Source of the DNA: Flavobacteriales bacterium
GTDB lineage: Bacteria; Bacteroidota; Bacteroidia; Flavobacteriales_C; GCA-002722245
Reading direction: 5' to 3'
Assembly: GCA_049430665.1 (NCBI GenBank)
Contig: JBMTCG010000005.1
Coordinates: forward strand, 2,930-66,929
DNA: 64,000 nucleotides
Positions 49,701-59,901 of this stretch are shown here, in pieces (position 1 is the stretch's first letter; the number at the start of each line of letters is the position of its first letter). A program made the position numbers and the translations under genes. The notes under the pieces were generated by a model. That model was given only the letters and a program-made list of their open reading frames with translations. It ran no database searches and was not told the origin of the DNA.

Positions 49701-50258
49701 TTATATTTCTCCCTTGTCGATCAAGTACTTAGCTTTATGAATGGCTATGATGGTCATACTGTCGGTTATCTCTCCGTTTAAAACCATTTCGTACACTTTT
49801 GAAAAAGGCACTTTTTGAACGGCCAATTGCTCATCTTCATCGGGATGTGATTCATGAAAAGTTAAATCTTGGGCGATGTACAAAATAGCGAATTCATCGC
49901 TCACACAATTGCTCATGTGAAACTCTTGAATTTTAGTCCATTTTTTAGCTTCAATTCCTGTTTCTTCAGACAATTCTCTTTTTGCCGATTCTAAAGGAGG
50001 AACATCTTTTTTACCACCGCCTTCTGGTATTTCCCAGCTGTATGCACCAACAGGAAATCTCCACTGACCCACCAACCAAGTGTTGTATTCTTCATCCAGA
50101 GGTAAAATGCCAATCGCTAAATTTTGAAAATTCACTGTGCTATAATGTGTGGGTGTTCCAGCGGGATTTAATACATCGAATTGATTGATCTTAATCCACG
50201 GTGTAGAATGCAATTCTTTTTGCGATAGAATGGTCCACGGGTTTTTATGTTCCGACAT
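49701..50258 (-). CDS. NUDIX hydrolase
   Basis: Nudix box GGGKKDVPPLESAKRELSEETGIE. Confidence 0.8.
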   Translation of the reverse strand: MSEHKNPWTILSQKELHSTPWIKINQFDVLNPAGTPTHYSTVNFQNLAIGILPLDEEYNTWLVGQWRFPVGAYSWEIPEGGGKKDVPPLESAKRELSEETGIEAKKWTKIQEFHMSNCVSDEFAILYIAQDLTFHESHPDEDEQLAVQKVPFSKVYEMVLNGEITDSMTIIAIHKAKYLIDKGEI

Positions 50259-50299
50259 TTTTTGCTTTTTTTGGTAAAAATAGGACTTATTTTAAAGAC

Positions 50300-50875
50300 G
50301 TGAAGTTTAAAAAAGGAGATAGCGTATTATTTCTCAATGAGAAGATGGAAGGGGTAGTGCAGTCTATTTCTTCACGAGGAATGGTGGTGGTGCTAACCAC
50401 CGACGGATTTGAGTTTCCGGTGTTGCCCGAACAGTTGGTGCATAAACTTACCGAAGAGCAGATGAAGGAAGAAAAGCCAAAAGAAATTCCAAAACCAAAA
50501 CCTATTGTAGTTGAAGATGATTTTTCTGATATGCTGTTTATGAAAGAGCAAAATCAAAAGAATATATCTCGACCGCACTCGCATAGAAGAGATGATGTTG
50601 AATTAGAAATCGATTTGCATATTGAGCGACTCACCAATAATTATCGTTCTATGTCGAATGCTCAAATAGTGCAATTACAATTAAAGCACACCGAACAAAT
50701 AATGCGACAAGCTTTTTCAACAGGAATGCACAGAGTTGTAATCATTCATGGAGTAGGAAATGGAACCTTGAAACAAGAAGTAAGAAGTTTTTTAAAACGC
50801 TATGAAGGTATTCGCGTGAACGATGCAAGTTTTAAGAAATATGGAAATGGCGCTACTATGGTTTATTTGAAGTAG
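50300..50875 (+). CDS. Smr-domain protein (DUF2027-Smr type)
   Basis: C-terminus LEIDLHIERL...VVIIHGVGNGTLKQEV is an Smr domain. Confidence 0.7.
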   Translation: MKFKKGDSVLFLNEKMEGVVQSISSRGMVVVLTTDGFEFPVLPEQLVHKLTEEQMKEEKPKEIPKPKPIVVEDDFSDMLFMKEQNQKNISRPHSHRRDDVELEIDLHIERLTNNYRSMSNAQIVQLQLKHTEQIMRQAFSTGMHRVVIIHGVGNGTLKQEVRSFLKRYEGIRVNDASFKKYGNGATMVYLK

Positions 50876-50902
50876 GTTTTTTTCAAGTACTGGGTTACTA
50901 AT

Positions 50903-51292
50903 TAACTTCTCCCTTTTTTAAAGGGAGAGTGCGAAAATGCTTGCGGGAGGGAAGAGGGATTTCTATCCATTCATCGCTTCCTCCCAGCTAATAAAACCTT
51001 CTTTCCAACTGTACTCATCTACTTTTATTAGATTAATATGGAAACATTCTATTGGGTGATTTTTAAATCCATTTCTATTCATTAGTTCATCTACGATTTT
51101 TTTGCCTTTTCAATAGAAGAAAATATTCCAATGAATTTAATTTCTTCCTGATTATTTATTTCATATGCATGTTCCACTAGATACACTTCAATAATAATTA
51201 ATTTCCTTGTTGTAAAGTTTTATAAATTAAATCCCTCTTGCCTTTACGCTTCAAGCCTTTGCACACTCTCCCTTTAGGAAAGGGAGAAGGAG
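50903..51292. repeat. inverted-repeat-flanked ~390-bp element with an internal small ORF frameshifted at a T7/A7 tract
   Basis: Arms 50903-50961 and 51233-51292 each hold hairpin tctcccttt-NNN-aaagggaga and are imperfect inverted copies. Minus-strand ORF VEHAYEINNQEEIKFIGIFSSIEKAKK | IVDELMNRNGFKNHPIECFHINLIKVDEYSWKEGFISWEEAMNG is split by a -1/+1 shift at the A7 run (51087-51093 on the + strand). Confidence 0.5.
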
Positions 51293-51389
51293 ATTAGTGA
51301 TACGCACTTGGAAGGACTTGGCGTGAAAATATCAAAAAAAAGCCCTCCGTCTTTCGACGGAGGGCTTTAATTTTTTGAAGCAGTTACAA

Positions 51390-51668
51390 TTACTTGTTAA
51401 CTACGCCAGAAAGCTCAGCACCAGCTTTGAACTTAACCACTTTTTTAGCAGCGATTTTGATCTCTTTACCAGTTTGAGGGTTTCTACCTTTTCTAGCGTT
51501 TCTTTTCGCTACTGCGAAAGTTCCGAAACCAACTAGAGCAACTCTGTCTCCTTTTTTAAGAGCTTTAGTAGTTGCAGTTACAAAAGCGTCTAACGCTCTT
51601 TTTGCATCAGCTTTAGTGATTTTCGCTTCAGCTGCGATTGCTTCGATTAATTCTGCTTTGTTTGCCAT
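51390..51668 (-). CDS. hup: HU family DNA-binding protein
   Basis: [12 protein letters not shown]...GFGTF...[11 protein letters not shown]. Confidence 0.9.
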   Translation of the reverse strand: MANKAELIEAIAAEAKITKADAKRALDAFVTATTKALKKGDRVALVGFGTFAVAKRNARKGRNPQTGKEIKIAAKKVVKFKAGAELSGVVNK

Positions 51669-51882
51669 GTTATTAAAACATTTAATGGTTAATGAATAAA
51701 TTGACTATCCGTTGTCAAATATATATGTTCTCTAGGTTTCTCCAAACACGAAGCGCTGAAAAGCCCGAAAATGTTGAAAAATGGGGGATATTGTTAATAA
51801 CTTGCGTCTAAAACGTACTGAAATCGACCTTTTCAGGGGGTGTGTTAGGGGAATGTGAATGATGGCGCACCTTAAATTAAAA

Positions 51883-52827
51883 TCATTTCACGAAACAGTT
51901 AGAAACATTGTATCCTTTCAAGAAGTCGCTTACCAACATCTTGTTTTTACCAGCCAACTGAAGCATCGTTACTTTTATAGCGCCGTTGCCACAGCCTATT
52001 AGTAAAGTGTTTTTTTGATCGCTTACTATTTTACCCACCTCAATTTTTTCTTCACTTTTTTCTGCAGCATAAATCTTCATCAGAATCTCTTGATTGTCTT
52101 TTTGAAGGTTAGTCCACGCTGCCGGGTAAGGTGATAGTCCGCGTATCTTATTATATATGTTATCTACACTTTCATTCCAATCTATTCTACAAGTTTCTTT
52201 AAATATTTTTGGAGCTGGCTTCATGGCTTTCACCAATAAATCTTCTTGATACAAAAGATTGATGTTGTTGGTTTGTATTCTATATACAGTATCTAAAACT
52301 ACTTTCTTTCCCAAGTCCATTAAAGTGTCGTGCAATTCACCAGCAGTTGTAGTATCGCTCAGCTTAACTTTTTCTTGTAAAATAATGGCGCCTGTATCTA
52401 TAGTGTCATTTAAGAAGAAGGTAGTAACTCCGCTTTCTTTTTCGCCATTGATCACCGCCCAGTTGATTGGAGCAGCTCCACGATATTGTGGCAACAATGA
52501 ACCATGTAAATTAATGGTTCCGTTTTTAGGCATGGCCCAAACCACTTTAGGCAACATTCTAAAAGCAACAACAACTCCCAAATCGGCATTTAGGGCTTTT
52601 AATTCTTTCAAAAAATTCTCGTCTTTTAAATTGGTAGGCTGTAAAATATTTAATCCTTTTTCTAGAGCATATTTTTTCACTGCCGACATTTGTAATTGGT
52701 GGCCGCGCCCCGCTGGTTTATCAGGCGCAGTAATTACCGCCACCACATCATAACCGTTATCTACTAATATTTGCAAAGAGGGAACAGCGAAGTCGGGCGT
52801 TCCCATATAAATGATTTTAAAGCTCAC
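51883..52827 (-). CDS. fmt: methionyl-tRNA formyltransferase
   Basis: IIYMGTPDFAVPSL, HGSLLPQYRGAAPI. 314 aa. Confidence 0.9.
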   Translation of the reverse strand: MSFKIIYMGTPDFAVPSLQILVDNGYDVVAVITAPDKPAGRGHQLQMSAVKKYALEKGLNILQPTNLKDENFLKELKALNADLGVVVAFRMLPKVVWAMPKNGTINLHGSLLPQYRGAAPINWAVINGEKESGVTTFFLNDTIDTGAIILQEKVKLSDTTTAGELHDTLMDLGKKVVLDTVYRIQTNNINLLYQEDLLVKAMKPAPKIFKETCRIDWNESVDNIYNKIRGLSPYPAAWTNLQKDNQEILMKIYAAEKSEEKIEVGKIVSDQKNTLLIGCGNGAIKVTMLQLAGKNKMLVSDFLKGYNVSNCFVK

Positions 52828-52857
52828 TTGTTGTTGTTTTAGGGGGTAAAGATAAAT

Positions 52858-55419
52858 TTATCTTATTAAAGAAAAATGTCCAATGTATTTTTGCTCCTTT
52901 CCCCACTCATCTTTGTAATACAACATGTAAGCATAAACTTCCATTGGAGCTTCTCCAGCAGCAGTCTTGCCATCCCATCCTTCGTTAGGAGTGTTGCTGT
53001 GAAACATAACATTGCCCCATCTATTGAATATATAGAAGTCGTAACCTTCACTTTGTATAGAAGTACTTTGAATGGTAAACATATCGTTAACGCCATCTCT
53101 GTTGGGTGTAAAGGCGTTGGGTGCAAAAACTTTTTGTTGGTAATCGCGCACACAAACTTGCTGTGTTAGAGTGTCGGTGCATCCAAATGTGTTGGTATTG
53201 ATAAGTGATACATTGTAACAAGCAATCGTGTCGGGAAACATAAAACATTCGTTCTCATTGTTTGAGCTTCCTAAATTATCGAAAATCCATGTGTTGTTGT
53301 TGCCTCCCAATTCAGTTACATTTTGAAAACAGAAATAAGGGTAATCTCTGTAGGCATAGGGAGGAGTTGTGTTGAAAAGCACCAGAGGCGTGGCTATTGC
53401 TTCGATGGAACCAGTAGTGGTGTCTGTGCATCCGTCGCTAGTAGTAATGATGTACTGCACAGTAGGAGAGCCATACGTTGTATAGGTGTGTGAAGCAGTA
53501 TCAATAGTTCCACTACTTTCGTTGCCATCGCCAAAAATCCATTTGAATTGATTTGGTTTGGGCGAGGTATTGTCTTTAAAAACAACGCTTAAAGGAATGC
53601 ATCCCGATGTTTTGTTTACTGTATATTGAGCATTCGGCACAGGTATTTGTTGAATGGTCACAGTGTCGTTTAACGTGCAGCCAGGCGTGCCGCTATCTGT
53701 TATTTCAACAATATAAGAACTTGCAGCTTGAGCAACAGTAATAACGGGATTTGCCACAGTAGTGATATTCAAAGCGGTGCTGGGCGACCATAAATAACTG
53801 TAGCTGCCAATGGCGCTTGGATTCACATTGAAATTTATCGGAGCCAATGTTGTGCTTTCGCAAATCGTTAAGGTGTCGGGTAAAGTACTCGTAGGAAATC
53901 CAAAGACTTTTACAGCAATGGTGGTGTCGTAAGTACAGCCAAAATTATTAATTACTTGATAGGTGTAGCTTTTATTTTCAACGGCGGTGGGTATAGTACA
54001 AATCTGGTCGCCATTTGCTGAGGTAGATATGGTGGTGGCGTCGCTGGTCCATGCTGTGGAATCGGGTGCATTGCTATTGAAAGTAGGAGTGAAGGTAATG
54101 CCTTGCGGAATAATGGCAGGGTTGAAATTGATATTCCAAGAGCATAAAAAGCCGTTGTCTCTAAAAGCGTTATCTCCTATTTCAAATACCCATTTTCCAT
54201 TGAGCGGACAGCCCACTAAATTGCTTAGCGGTTCTATGCTTTTGTAATCGCCAACAGGTATGGTTTGTCCATCACTTCCTGCCTGATAGAGAATGCTGTT
54301 GGTGGTGGTGGGCGTAAAACAATATTGTCCGCAAGTCCCCATAATTGCATTATTGTCGTCGCCTTTCACAGGAGTACCTAAATATCTTCCTCCGCCAGAT
54401 CTGTTGTGAAGTAGAGTGCTTTGTCCGTTCGGACAAGTTATTTTCATGTCGATATCCGACAAAAAGGAATGTTCAATATTAACGCATATTCCCTGCAAGT
54501 CGTTGATGTTGGTGAGTTTTTGTCCGGGCGTAAAAACATTATAATTCATTTCCGAAATAAATTTAACTCCATTTCCATCGGGTAAAGCCAGTGATCCGCC
54601 AGTGTATTGCGGTATAGGTTCCTTGTATGAAGTCCCTGTCACTTGTCCGCTTAAACAAGCTTGCTCGCCTAAACAAATTCTATCATCACCTGTTGTACCA
54701 GTAAAATAAGGTCGTGTACTCACCAATACCTTCACCTGTTCTTTATTAATGTTGCTGCATCCCATGGTATTGGTTACACGAAGTTCAACAAGGAGTCCTG
54801 TTGGATTAGGAAAAACGCTATTGTAAGCGCTGCCGGTAACAGTATCTTTTTTACTAAACCATTTGTATTCGCTAATGCTTCCTGCGCCAGGGGTAGAGCT
54901 GGTGGCGTTGAGGGAGATGTTGTCTCCCGGACAAATTTTTATTACATCAGCGCCACTTATGTCGGCTACAGGAAAAGTACATTTGTTGCCGCAAGCGAGT
55001 TTAGCGGCCCAAAAACCATTTACACTGTTGTCGCTGGTGAAATTAAAAGTAAGGCAACCACCAGGGTTTGAAGTAGAGGGAGAGAGCGTGAGTCCGAGTA
55101 GATCGTCGTTAGTGAATTTACCTAACAAAGTGGCAGCAGTGTTGGCGCCATCATAAACCCTTAGGGTATCTTTTGCATCGAGGTTAAAAGCATCGAAATT
55201 AATTTTAATAGCCACGCCCGAAGTACCATCGCTGCACAAAGTGTAGGTTTTGTTTTCGTTGATCGAGTAGCCCGCACCCGATGTTCCGCCTGAGTCGTAG
55301 AAAGAACCCGCACAAGTATTGTCGGTTGCGCCATCGGTGATTACAAAGTTTTGCGCAGCTAAGCATTGAGCCAATAAAAAGCCCAATCCCAACAAAATAT
55401 ACTTGCGCAAAAAAATCAT
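52858..55419 (-). CDS. large secreted protein with CUB-like N-terminal domain, Ig/PKD-like repeats and T9SS type B (gliding-motility-associated) C-terminal domain
   Basis: Signal peptide. C-terminus FTPNRDGVNDMF...EGWDGK...YAYMLYY. Confidence 0.75.
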   Translation of the reverse strand: MIFLRKYILLGLGFLLAQCLAAQNFVITDGATDNTCAGSFYDSGGTSGAGYSINENKTYTLCSDGTSGVAIKINFDAFNLDAKDTLRVYDGANTAATLLGKFTNDDLLGLTLSPSTSNPGGCLTFNFTSDNSVNGFWAAKLACGNKCTFPVADISGADVIKICPGDNISLNATSSTPGAGSISEYKWFSKKDTVTGSAYNSVFPNPTGLLVELRVTNTMGCSNINKEQVKVLVSTRPYFTGTTGDDRICLGEQACLSGQVTGTSYKEPIPQYTGGSLALPDGNGVKFISEMNYNVFTPGQKLTNINDLQGICVNIEHSFLSDIDMKITCPNGQSTLLHNRSGGGRYLGTPVKGDDNNAIMGTCGQYCFTPTTTNSILYQAGSDGQTIPVGDYKSIEPLSNLVGCPLNGKWVFEIGDNAFRDNGFLCSWNINFNPAIIPQGITFTPTFNSNAPDSTAWTSDATTISTSANGDQICTIPTAVENKSYTYQVINNFGCTYDTTIAVKVFGFPTSTLPDTLTICESTTLAPINFNVNPSAIGSYSYLWSPSTALNITTVANPVITVAQAASSYIVEITDSGTPGCTLNDTVTIQQIPVPNAQYTVNKTSGCIPLSVVFKDNTSPKPNQFKWIFGDGNESSGTIDTASHTYTTYGSPTVQYIITTSDGCTDTTTGSIEAIATPLVLFNTTPPYAYRDYPYFCFQNVTELGGNNNTWIFDNLGSSNNENECFMFPDTIACYNVSLINTNTFGCTDTLTQQVCVRDYQQKVFAPNAFTPNRDGVNDMFTIQSTSIQSEGYDFYIFNRWGNVMFHSNTPNEGWDGKTAAGEAPMEVYAYMLYYKDEWGKEQKYIGHFSLIR

Positions 55420-55557
55420 CTTATCAATATTACTTTATTAATAGAACATTCACAACGCACAATGGTTACAATTATTAAGACGCAAGTGTTGAATTGTGTT
55501 GCGTGCTATTGTAAAAACAAAGTTTTGAGTATTGGCCGAAGAAAGTTAAATTTAGCC

Positions 55558-58500
55558 ATGCGATTGAAAATTGTTTTATTATTTCTTTTGATGAGTTGCG
55601 CTGTAATGGCGCAGTTTATTCCTAATAAGGGGCAGTGGCCGGGGCAGGTGTTGTATCGCTCAGAATTGGCAGGGGGCGCAATGTTTTTCGAAGAAGATCG
55701 ACTCACCTATAATTTTATTCATCCGAAAGATGCCGAAAAAATGCATGGGCATGCTGCAAGAATAGCCGAGAATGATTCTGTAGTGCGTTACCATGCCTTT
55801 CAAATGATTTTTAAGAATTCTAATGAAGGTTGTTTAAAAGAAAGTATTGGCGCATCAGAAGATAAATACAATTACTTTTTGGGTAACGATCCTAAAAAAT
55901 GGGCATCTAATTTATCCTCCTATCAAAAGGTGAAATACAACAATATTTATCAAGGAGTTGATTTCTTGTTTTATAAGTCAGAGGTGGGGCCCAAATACGA
56001 TTTTATTGTGCATCCAGGTGCCAACGTATCTGCAATTAAATTGAAGTATGAAGGTGCAGAAAAAGTACATTTAGAAAACAATGAATTGAAAATTAAGTTG
56101 TCGTTTACTGAGCTTATCGAACAAATTCCTCTAGCTTACCAAGAAATTGATGGCCGCCAAGTAAGAGTAAGATGTTCATACGCGATAGAGAATGGCGATG
56201 TTGTTTTTAAAGTGGGTGATTACGATAAAAGTAAAATTTTGGTGATTGATCCTGTGTTGATTTTTTCTACTTACTCAGGAGCTACCAGCGATAATTTTGG
56301 TTACACAGCAACCTACGATGATGACGGTTTTTTGTATGCAGGTAGTTCGGCTTTAGGAGCCGGATACCCAACTACTATTGGGGCTTACGATATTTCATTC
56401 AACAGCAATCCGGCAGGAGGTGTTGATCTTGTTTATGATGCTTTTTATGGATGGATCAATGCGGGCTATGTAAACACAGATATTGCAATTACAAAGTATG
56501 ATACCTCGGGAACCAAAAGAATTTATTCTACCTTTTTAGGTGGAGAGTTGTGCGAAGTTCCGCACAGTTTGGTGGTGAATTCAAAAGGAGAATTGGTGAT
56601 TTACGGCACAACAGGTTCAAAGAAATTTCCTGTCACATCATCTGCTTACGATACTACATTTGCCGGTGGAGCTAAAGCCAATTTATCACGAGGTATTGAT
56701 GTGAATTATGTAAATGGTTCAGATATTATTTTATCGGTTTTAAGCACCGATGGAAGTACACTTGTTGGTTCTACTTTTTTTGGTGGAGTGGGGAACGATG
56801 GTTTGAATTTGCGATTGAATTACAATTATGCCGATCAAATGAGAGGTGAAGTAATATGCGATCAAAACGATAATGTTATCGTCGTTTCAAATACTTATAG
56901 TTCTGGATTGGCTACAGCGGGCGTTTTTCAAAATAATTTGTCGGGTTTGGTTGATGGAATTGTGGCCAAGTTTAGTCCCCATCTTCAAAATTTAACATGG
57001 GCATCGTACTTGGGTGGGTCGGTTAGAGAAGCGGTATATTCAGTAGTAATCGACAATAGCGGTGATTTGGTGGTGGCAGGGGGAACAACTTCTAGTGATT
57101 TAGCCACCACAGCAGGAGTGGTTTATCCAACTTATCAAGGAGATCCTTCAGATGGTTTTATAGGCAAAATTTCAAATGATGGAACGACTTTGAAAACGCT
57201 AACTTATTTCGGTACTTCTGTTTACGATCAAGTGTATTTTGTGAAGGTAGATAAAGCCGATAATATTTTTGTGTATGGTCAAAGTGCCAGCATGGACAGT
57301 TCTTTAATAAAAAATGCGGCATATTATTCTGTTAAGAGCGGCATGTTTGTTACAAAGCTTACCAACGATTTAAAAACCATTGTTTGGTCAACTACTTTTG
57401 GTTCGGGTACAGGTGAAATCAATTTGAGTCCAACAGCTTTCATGGTAGATTTATGCAGTAAAGTTTATTTAAGTGGCTGGGGGTCGAGTGGTTGGGGTTT
57501 TGAATTAATTCCTAATTATTTGTATGATCCTTCAGGTTTTACTGGTCATAATGGAGGGAGAGGAACAACAGGCTTGCCAGTCACTTCAGATGCTTTTCAA
57601 AAAACAACCGATGGCAACGATTTTTACATTATGGTTTTAGAAGACGATGCATCTGCTATTTCTTACGCAAGTTTTTTTGGAGGTAATCTTAGTGAAGAGC
57701 ATGTTGATGGTGGCACGAGTCGTTTCGATAGAAAAGGAAAAATTTATCAGTCGATGTGCGCTGGCTGTGGCGCCAATAGCGATATGCCTATCTATCCAGC
57801 CAATGCTGTTTCACCAACGAATAATTCAAACAACTGCAACAATGGTGTATTTAAAATGGATTTTTTAATTCCCAATGTTATCGCAGATTTTAAGTCAATT
57901 ACCGAATGTGTTTCAGAGAATATTCAATTTAAAAACACCAGCTTGTTGCAGCAAAACACTTCTTTCTTTTGGGATTTTGGTGACGGAGATACATCTACTG
58001 CTTTTCAGCCCAATCATACTTACAGCTCGCCAGGCACCTATTTCGTGAAATTAAAACTAAGCGATCCTTCAGCTTGCAATTTAGCCGATAGCGTTGTAAA
58101 ACAAGTTAAGATTTTAGAATTACCATCAATTGTGTTGCATGACACTGCCGTTTGTACCTCCATCAATGTTCAATTGGGTATTTCACCTTTAGCCGATGCT
58201 ACGATAACTTACCGCTGGTCGCCAGGAACATTGGTTTCCGATAGCATGATTTCAAATCCAATCACATCGCTTTCTACATCACAACAATTTTCTTTAGAGA
58301 TAAACAATGGCTATTGTAAAGACACATTACATCAAACTATCAGCATTAGCGATGTGGATTATGTTCTCCCATTATCTCAGTTTTGTAATCAACTCGATTC
58401 AAATATTTCATTAACCATTCATAGTTCTAAAGGAAAGATAAATTCGTACTTGTGGGCCACCAATAGTAGCATGTTGCCTCAATTGAATTCCAATGTGAAT

Positions 58501-59883
58501 GATTCTACTTTTCAATATATTTCCAAAAATGGAACAACTAAATTGTATCTTCAATTGACAGATACTTTGGGCTGTATCTATAGCGATTCTTTGTCTTTAA
58601 TAAAATCACAACCAAAGCAAGAAAGAAATCAAGCGCTTTGTCCGGCTATTAGCACTCCAATTGGATATACACCTTATAGAGGCAACGGTAATGTTTACGA
58701 TTGGACTCCCGGTGAATGGCTTAGCGATTCTACTATTTCCAATCCTATAGCTTCTCCAACGCAAAGTATTAATTATGTTTTGTTGATAGATGTAGGCGGT
58801 GTATGTAAAGATACTTTAGTAGAGAAATTTGTGATTCCCGATATCTCTATTAATGCTAAAGGTGATACTGTTTATTGCAACACTTCGCTAAGCAATAGCG
58901 ATGCGTGGGTTGATGTTTTAAAGGGAAAAGCCAATCAATTTATTTGGTCTACCAATAGCGCAATATCAGATACTTTAAACAGTGATTTAAGTTCTTCTCA
59001 AATATCATTACCAATACTAAATGGCATCAATAAGTTTTATGTTCAAGAACTCGATTCAACAGGTTGTTTAGTGTTAGATAGTGTTTACATTTTGAAAGAT
59101 GTGTTAGGTGTTGATTTGCCATCGAAACAAATGTTTTGTCAGGAAGATGATTTGTGGGCTACAGCGACTGCATTGCCAATGAGCGACTCTTTGACATACC
59201 ATTGGTGGGATTCTAATCATGCCTTTTCGTTTCCCGATTCTTCTTCGGTTGCATTGCAAAATGTGCCTGGCATAACCAAAATGTTTGTTGAAGTTACCGA
59301 TACAGCCAATTGTACCGCAAAAGATTCCATGGAAGTGTATATCTCGGCGTTGACTCAAAGTAGCATTAAAGCTTGGGCCGATAAAGACACCATTTTAAAA
59401 GGGAATTCAACCTTTGTTCATGTGTCGCCTAGCAACTATAATTATTTGTGGACTCCCTTCAGCACACTGAATGAATCGACTATGCCAAGTATGTTGGTGT
59501 CGCCAATTGTTACTACGCAATATAAGGTTAATGTTATCGATACGGCAGATGCGCTGTGTTCCTATAAAACAGATGTGACCGTTTATGTTTATGATGTTAA
59601 ATGTGATGAAAACGACGTTTATGTGCCTAACATTTTTACCCCCAACGGTGATGGTAAAAACGATATGTTGTATGTGCGTGGAAACAATATAGTGGAATTG
59701 TATTTTACCATTTATGATAGATGGGGAGAGAAAGTGTTTGAAACCACCGACCAAAAAATAGGTTGGGATGGTGTGTTCAAAGGTATGAGCAGCGACCCCG
59801 CGGTGTTTGTGTATTATTTAACCGTTAAGTGTCCGGGCGACAAAGAATTCTTTACCAAAGGAAATATTACAGTGATAAGATAG
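55558..59883 (+). CDS. giant secreted protein with SBBP beta-propeller repeats, Ig/PKD-like repeats and T9SS type B C-terminal domain
   Basis: Start taken at MRLKIVLLFLLMSCAVMAQ. SBBP-like units (SGATSDNFGYTATYDDDGFLYAGSS). C-terminus FTPNGDGKNDML...IGWDGVFKG...VFVYYL. Confidence 0.75.
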   Translation: MRLKIVLLFLLMSCAVMAQFIPNKGQWPGQVLYRSELAGGAMFFEEDRLTYNFIHPKDAEKMHGHAARIAENDSVVRYHAFQMIFKNSNEGCLKESIGASEDKYNYFLGNDPKKWASNLSSYQKVKYNNIYQGVDFLFYKSEVGPKYDFIVHPGANVSAIKLKYEGAEKVHLENNELKIKLSFTELIEQIPLAYQEIDGRQVRVRCSYAIENGDVVFKVGDYDKSKILVIDPVLIFSTYSGATSDNFGYTATYDDDGFLYAGSSALGAGYPTTIGAYDISFNSNPAGGVDLVYDAFYGWINAGYVNTDIAITKYDTSGTKRIYSTFLGGELCEVPHSLVVNSKGELVIYGTTGSKKFPVTSSAYDTTFAGGAKANLSRGIDVNYVNGSDIILSVLSTDGSTLVGSTFFGGVGNDGLNLRLNYNYADQMRGEVICDQNDNVIVVSNTYSSGLATAGVFQNNLSGLVDGIVAKFSPHLQNLTWASYLGGSVREAVYSVVIDNSGDLVVAGGTTSSDLATTAGVVYPTYQGDPSDGFIGKISNDGTTLKTLTYFGTSVYDQVYFVKVDKADNIFVYGQSASMDSSLIKNAAYYSVKSGMFVTKLTNDLKTIVWSTTFGSGTGEINLSPTAFMVDLCSKVYLSGWGSSGWGFELIPNYLYDPSGFTGHNGGRGTTGLPVTSDAFQKTTDGNDFYIMVLEDDASAISYASFFGGNLSEEHVDGGTSRFDRKGKIYQSMCAGCGANSDMPIYPANAVSPTNNSNNCNNGVFKMDFLIPNVIADFKSITECVSENIQFKNTSLLQQNTSFFWDFGDGDTSTAFQPNHTYSSPGTYFVKLKLSDPSACNLADSVVKQVKILELPSIVLHDTAVCTSINVQLGISPLADATITYRWSPGTLVSDSMISNPITSLSTSQQFSLEINNGYCKDTLHQTISISDVDYVLPLSQFCNQLDSNISLTIHSSKGKINSYLWATNSSMLPQLNSNVNDSTFQYISKNGTTKLYLQLTDTLGCIYSDSLSLIKSQPKQERNQALCPAISTPIGYTPYRGNGNVYDWTPGEWLSDSTISNPIASPTQSINYVLLIDVGGVCKDTLVEKFVIPDISINAKGDTVYCNTSLSNSDAWVDVLKGKANQFIWSTNSAISDTLNSDLSSSQISLPILNGINKFYVQELDSTGCLVLDSVYILKDVLGVDLPSKQMFCQEDDLWATATALPMSDSLTYHWWDSNHAFSFPDSSSVALQNVPGITKMFVEVTDTANCTAKDSMEVYISALTQSSIKAWADKDTILKGNSTFVHVSPSNYNYLWTPFSTLNESTMPSMLVSPIVTTQYKVNVIDTADALCSYKTDVTVYVYDVKCDENDVYVPNIFTPNGDGKNDMLYVRGNNIVELYFTIYDRWGEKVFETTDQKIGWDGVFKGMSSDPAVFVYYLTVKCPGDKEFFTKGNITVIR

Positions 59884-59901
59884 ATTCACTTAATTTCAAT
59901 C

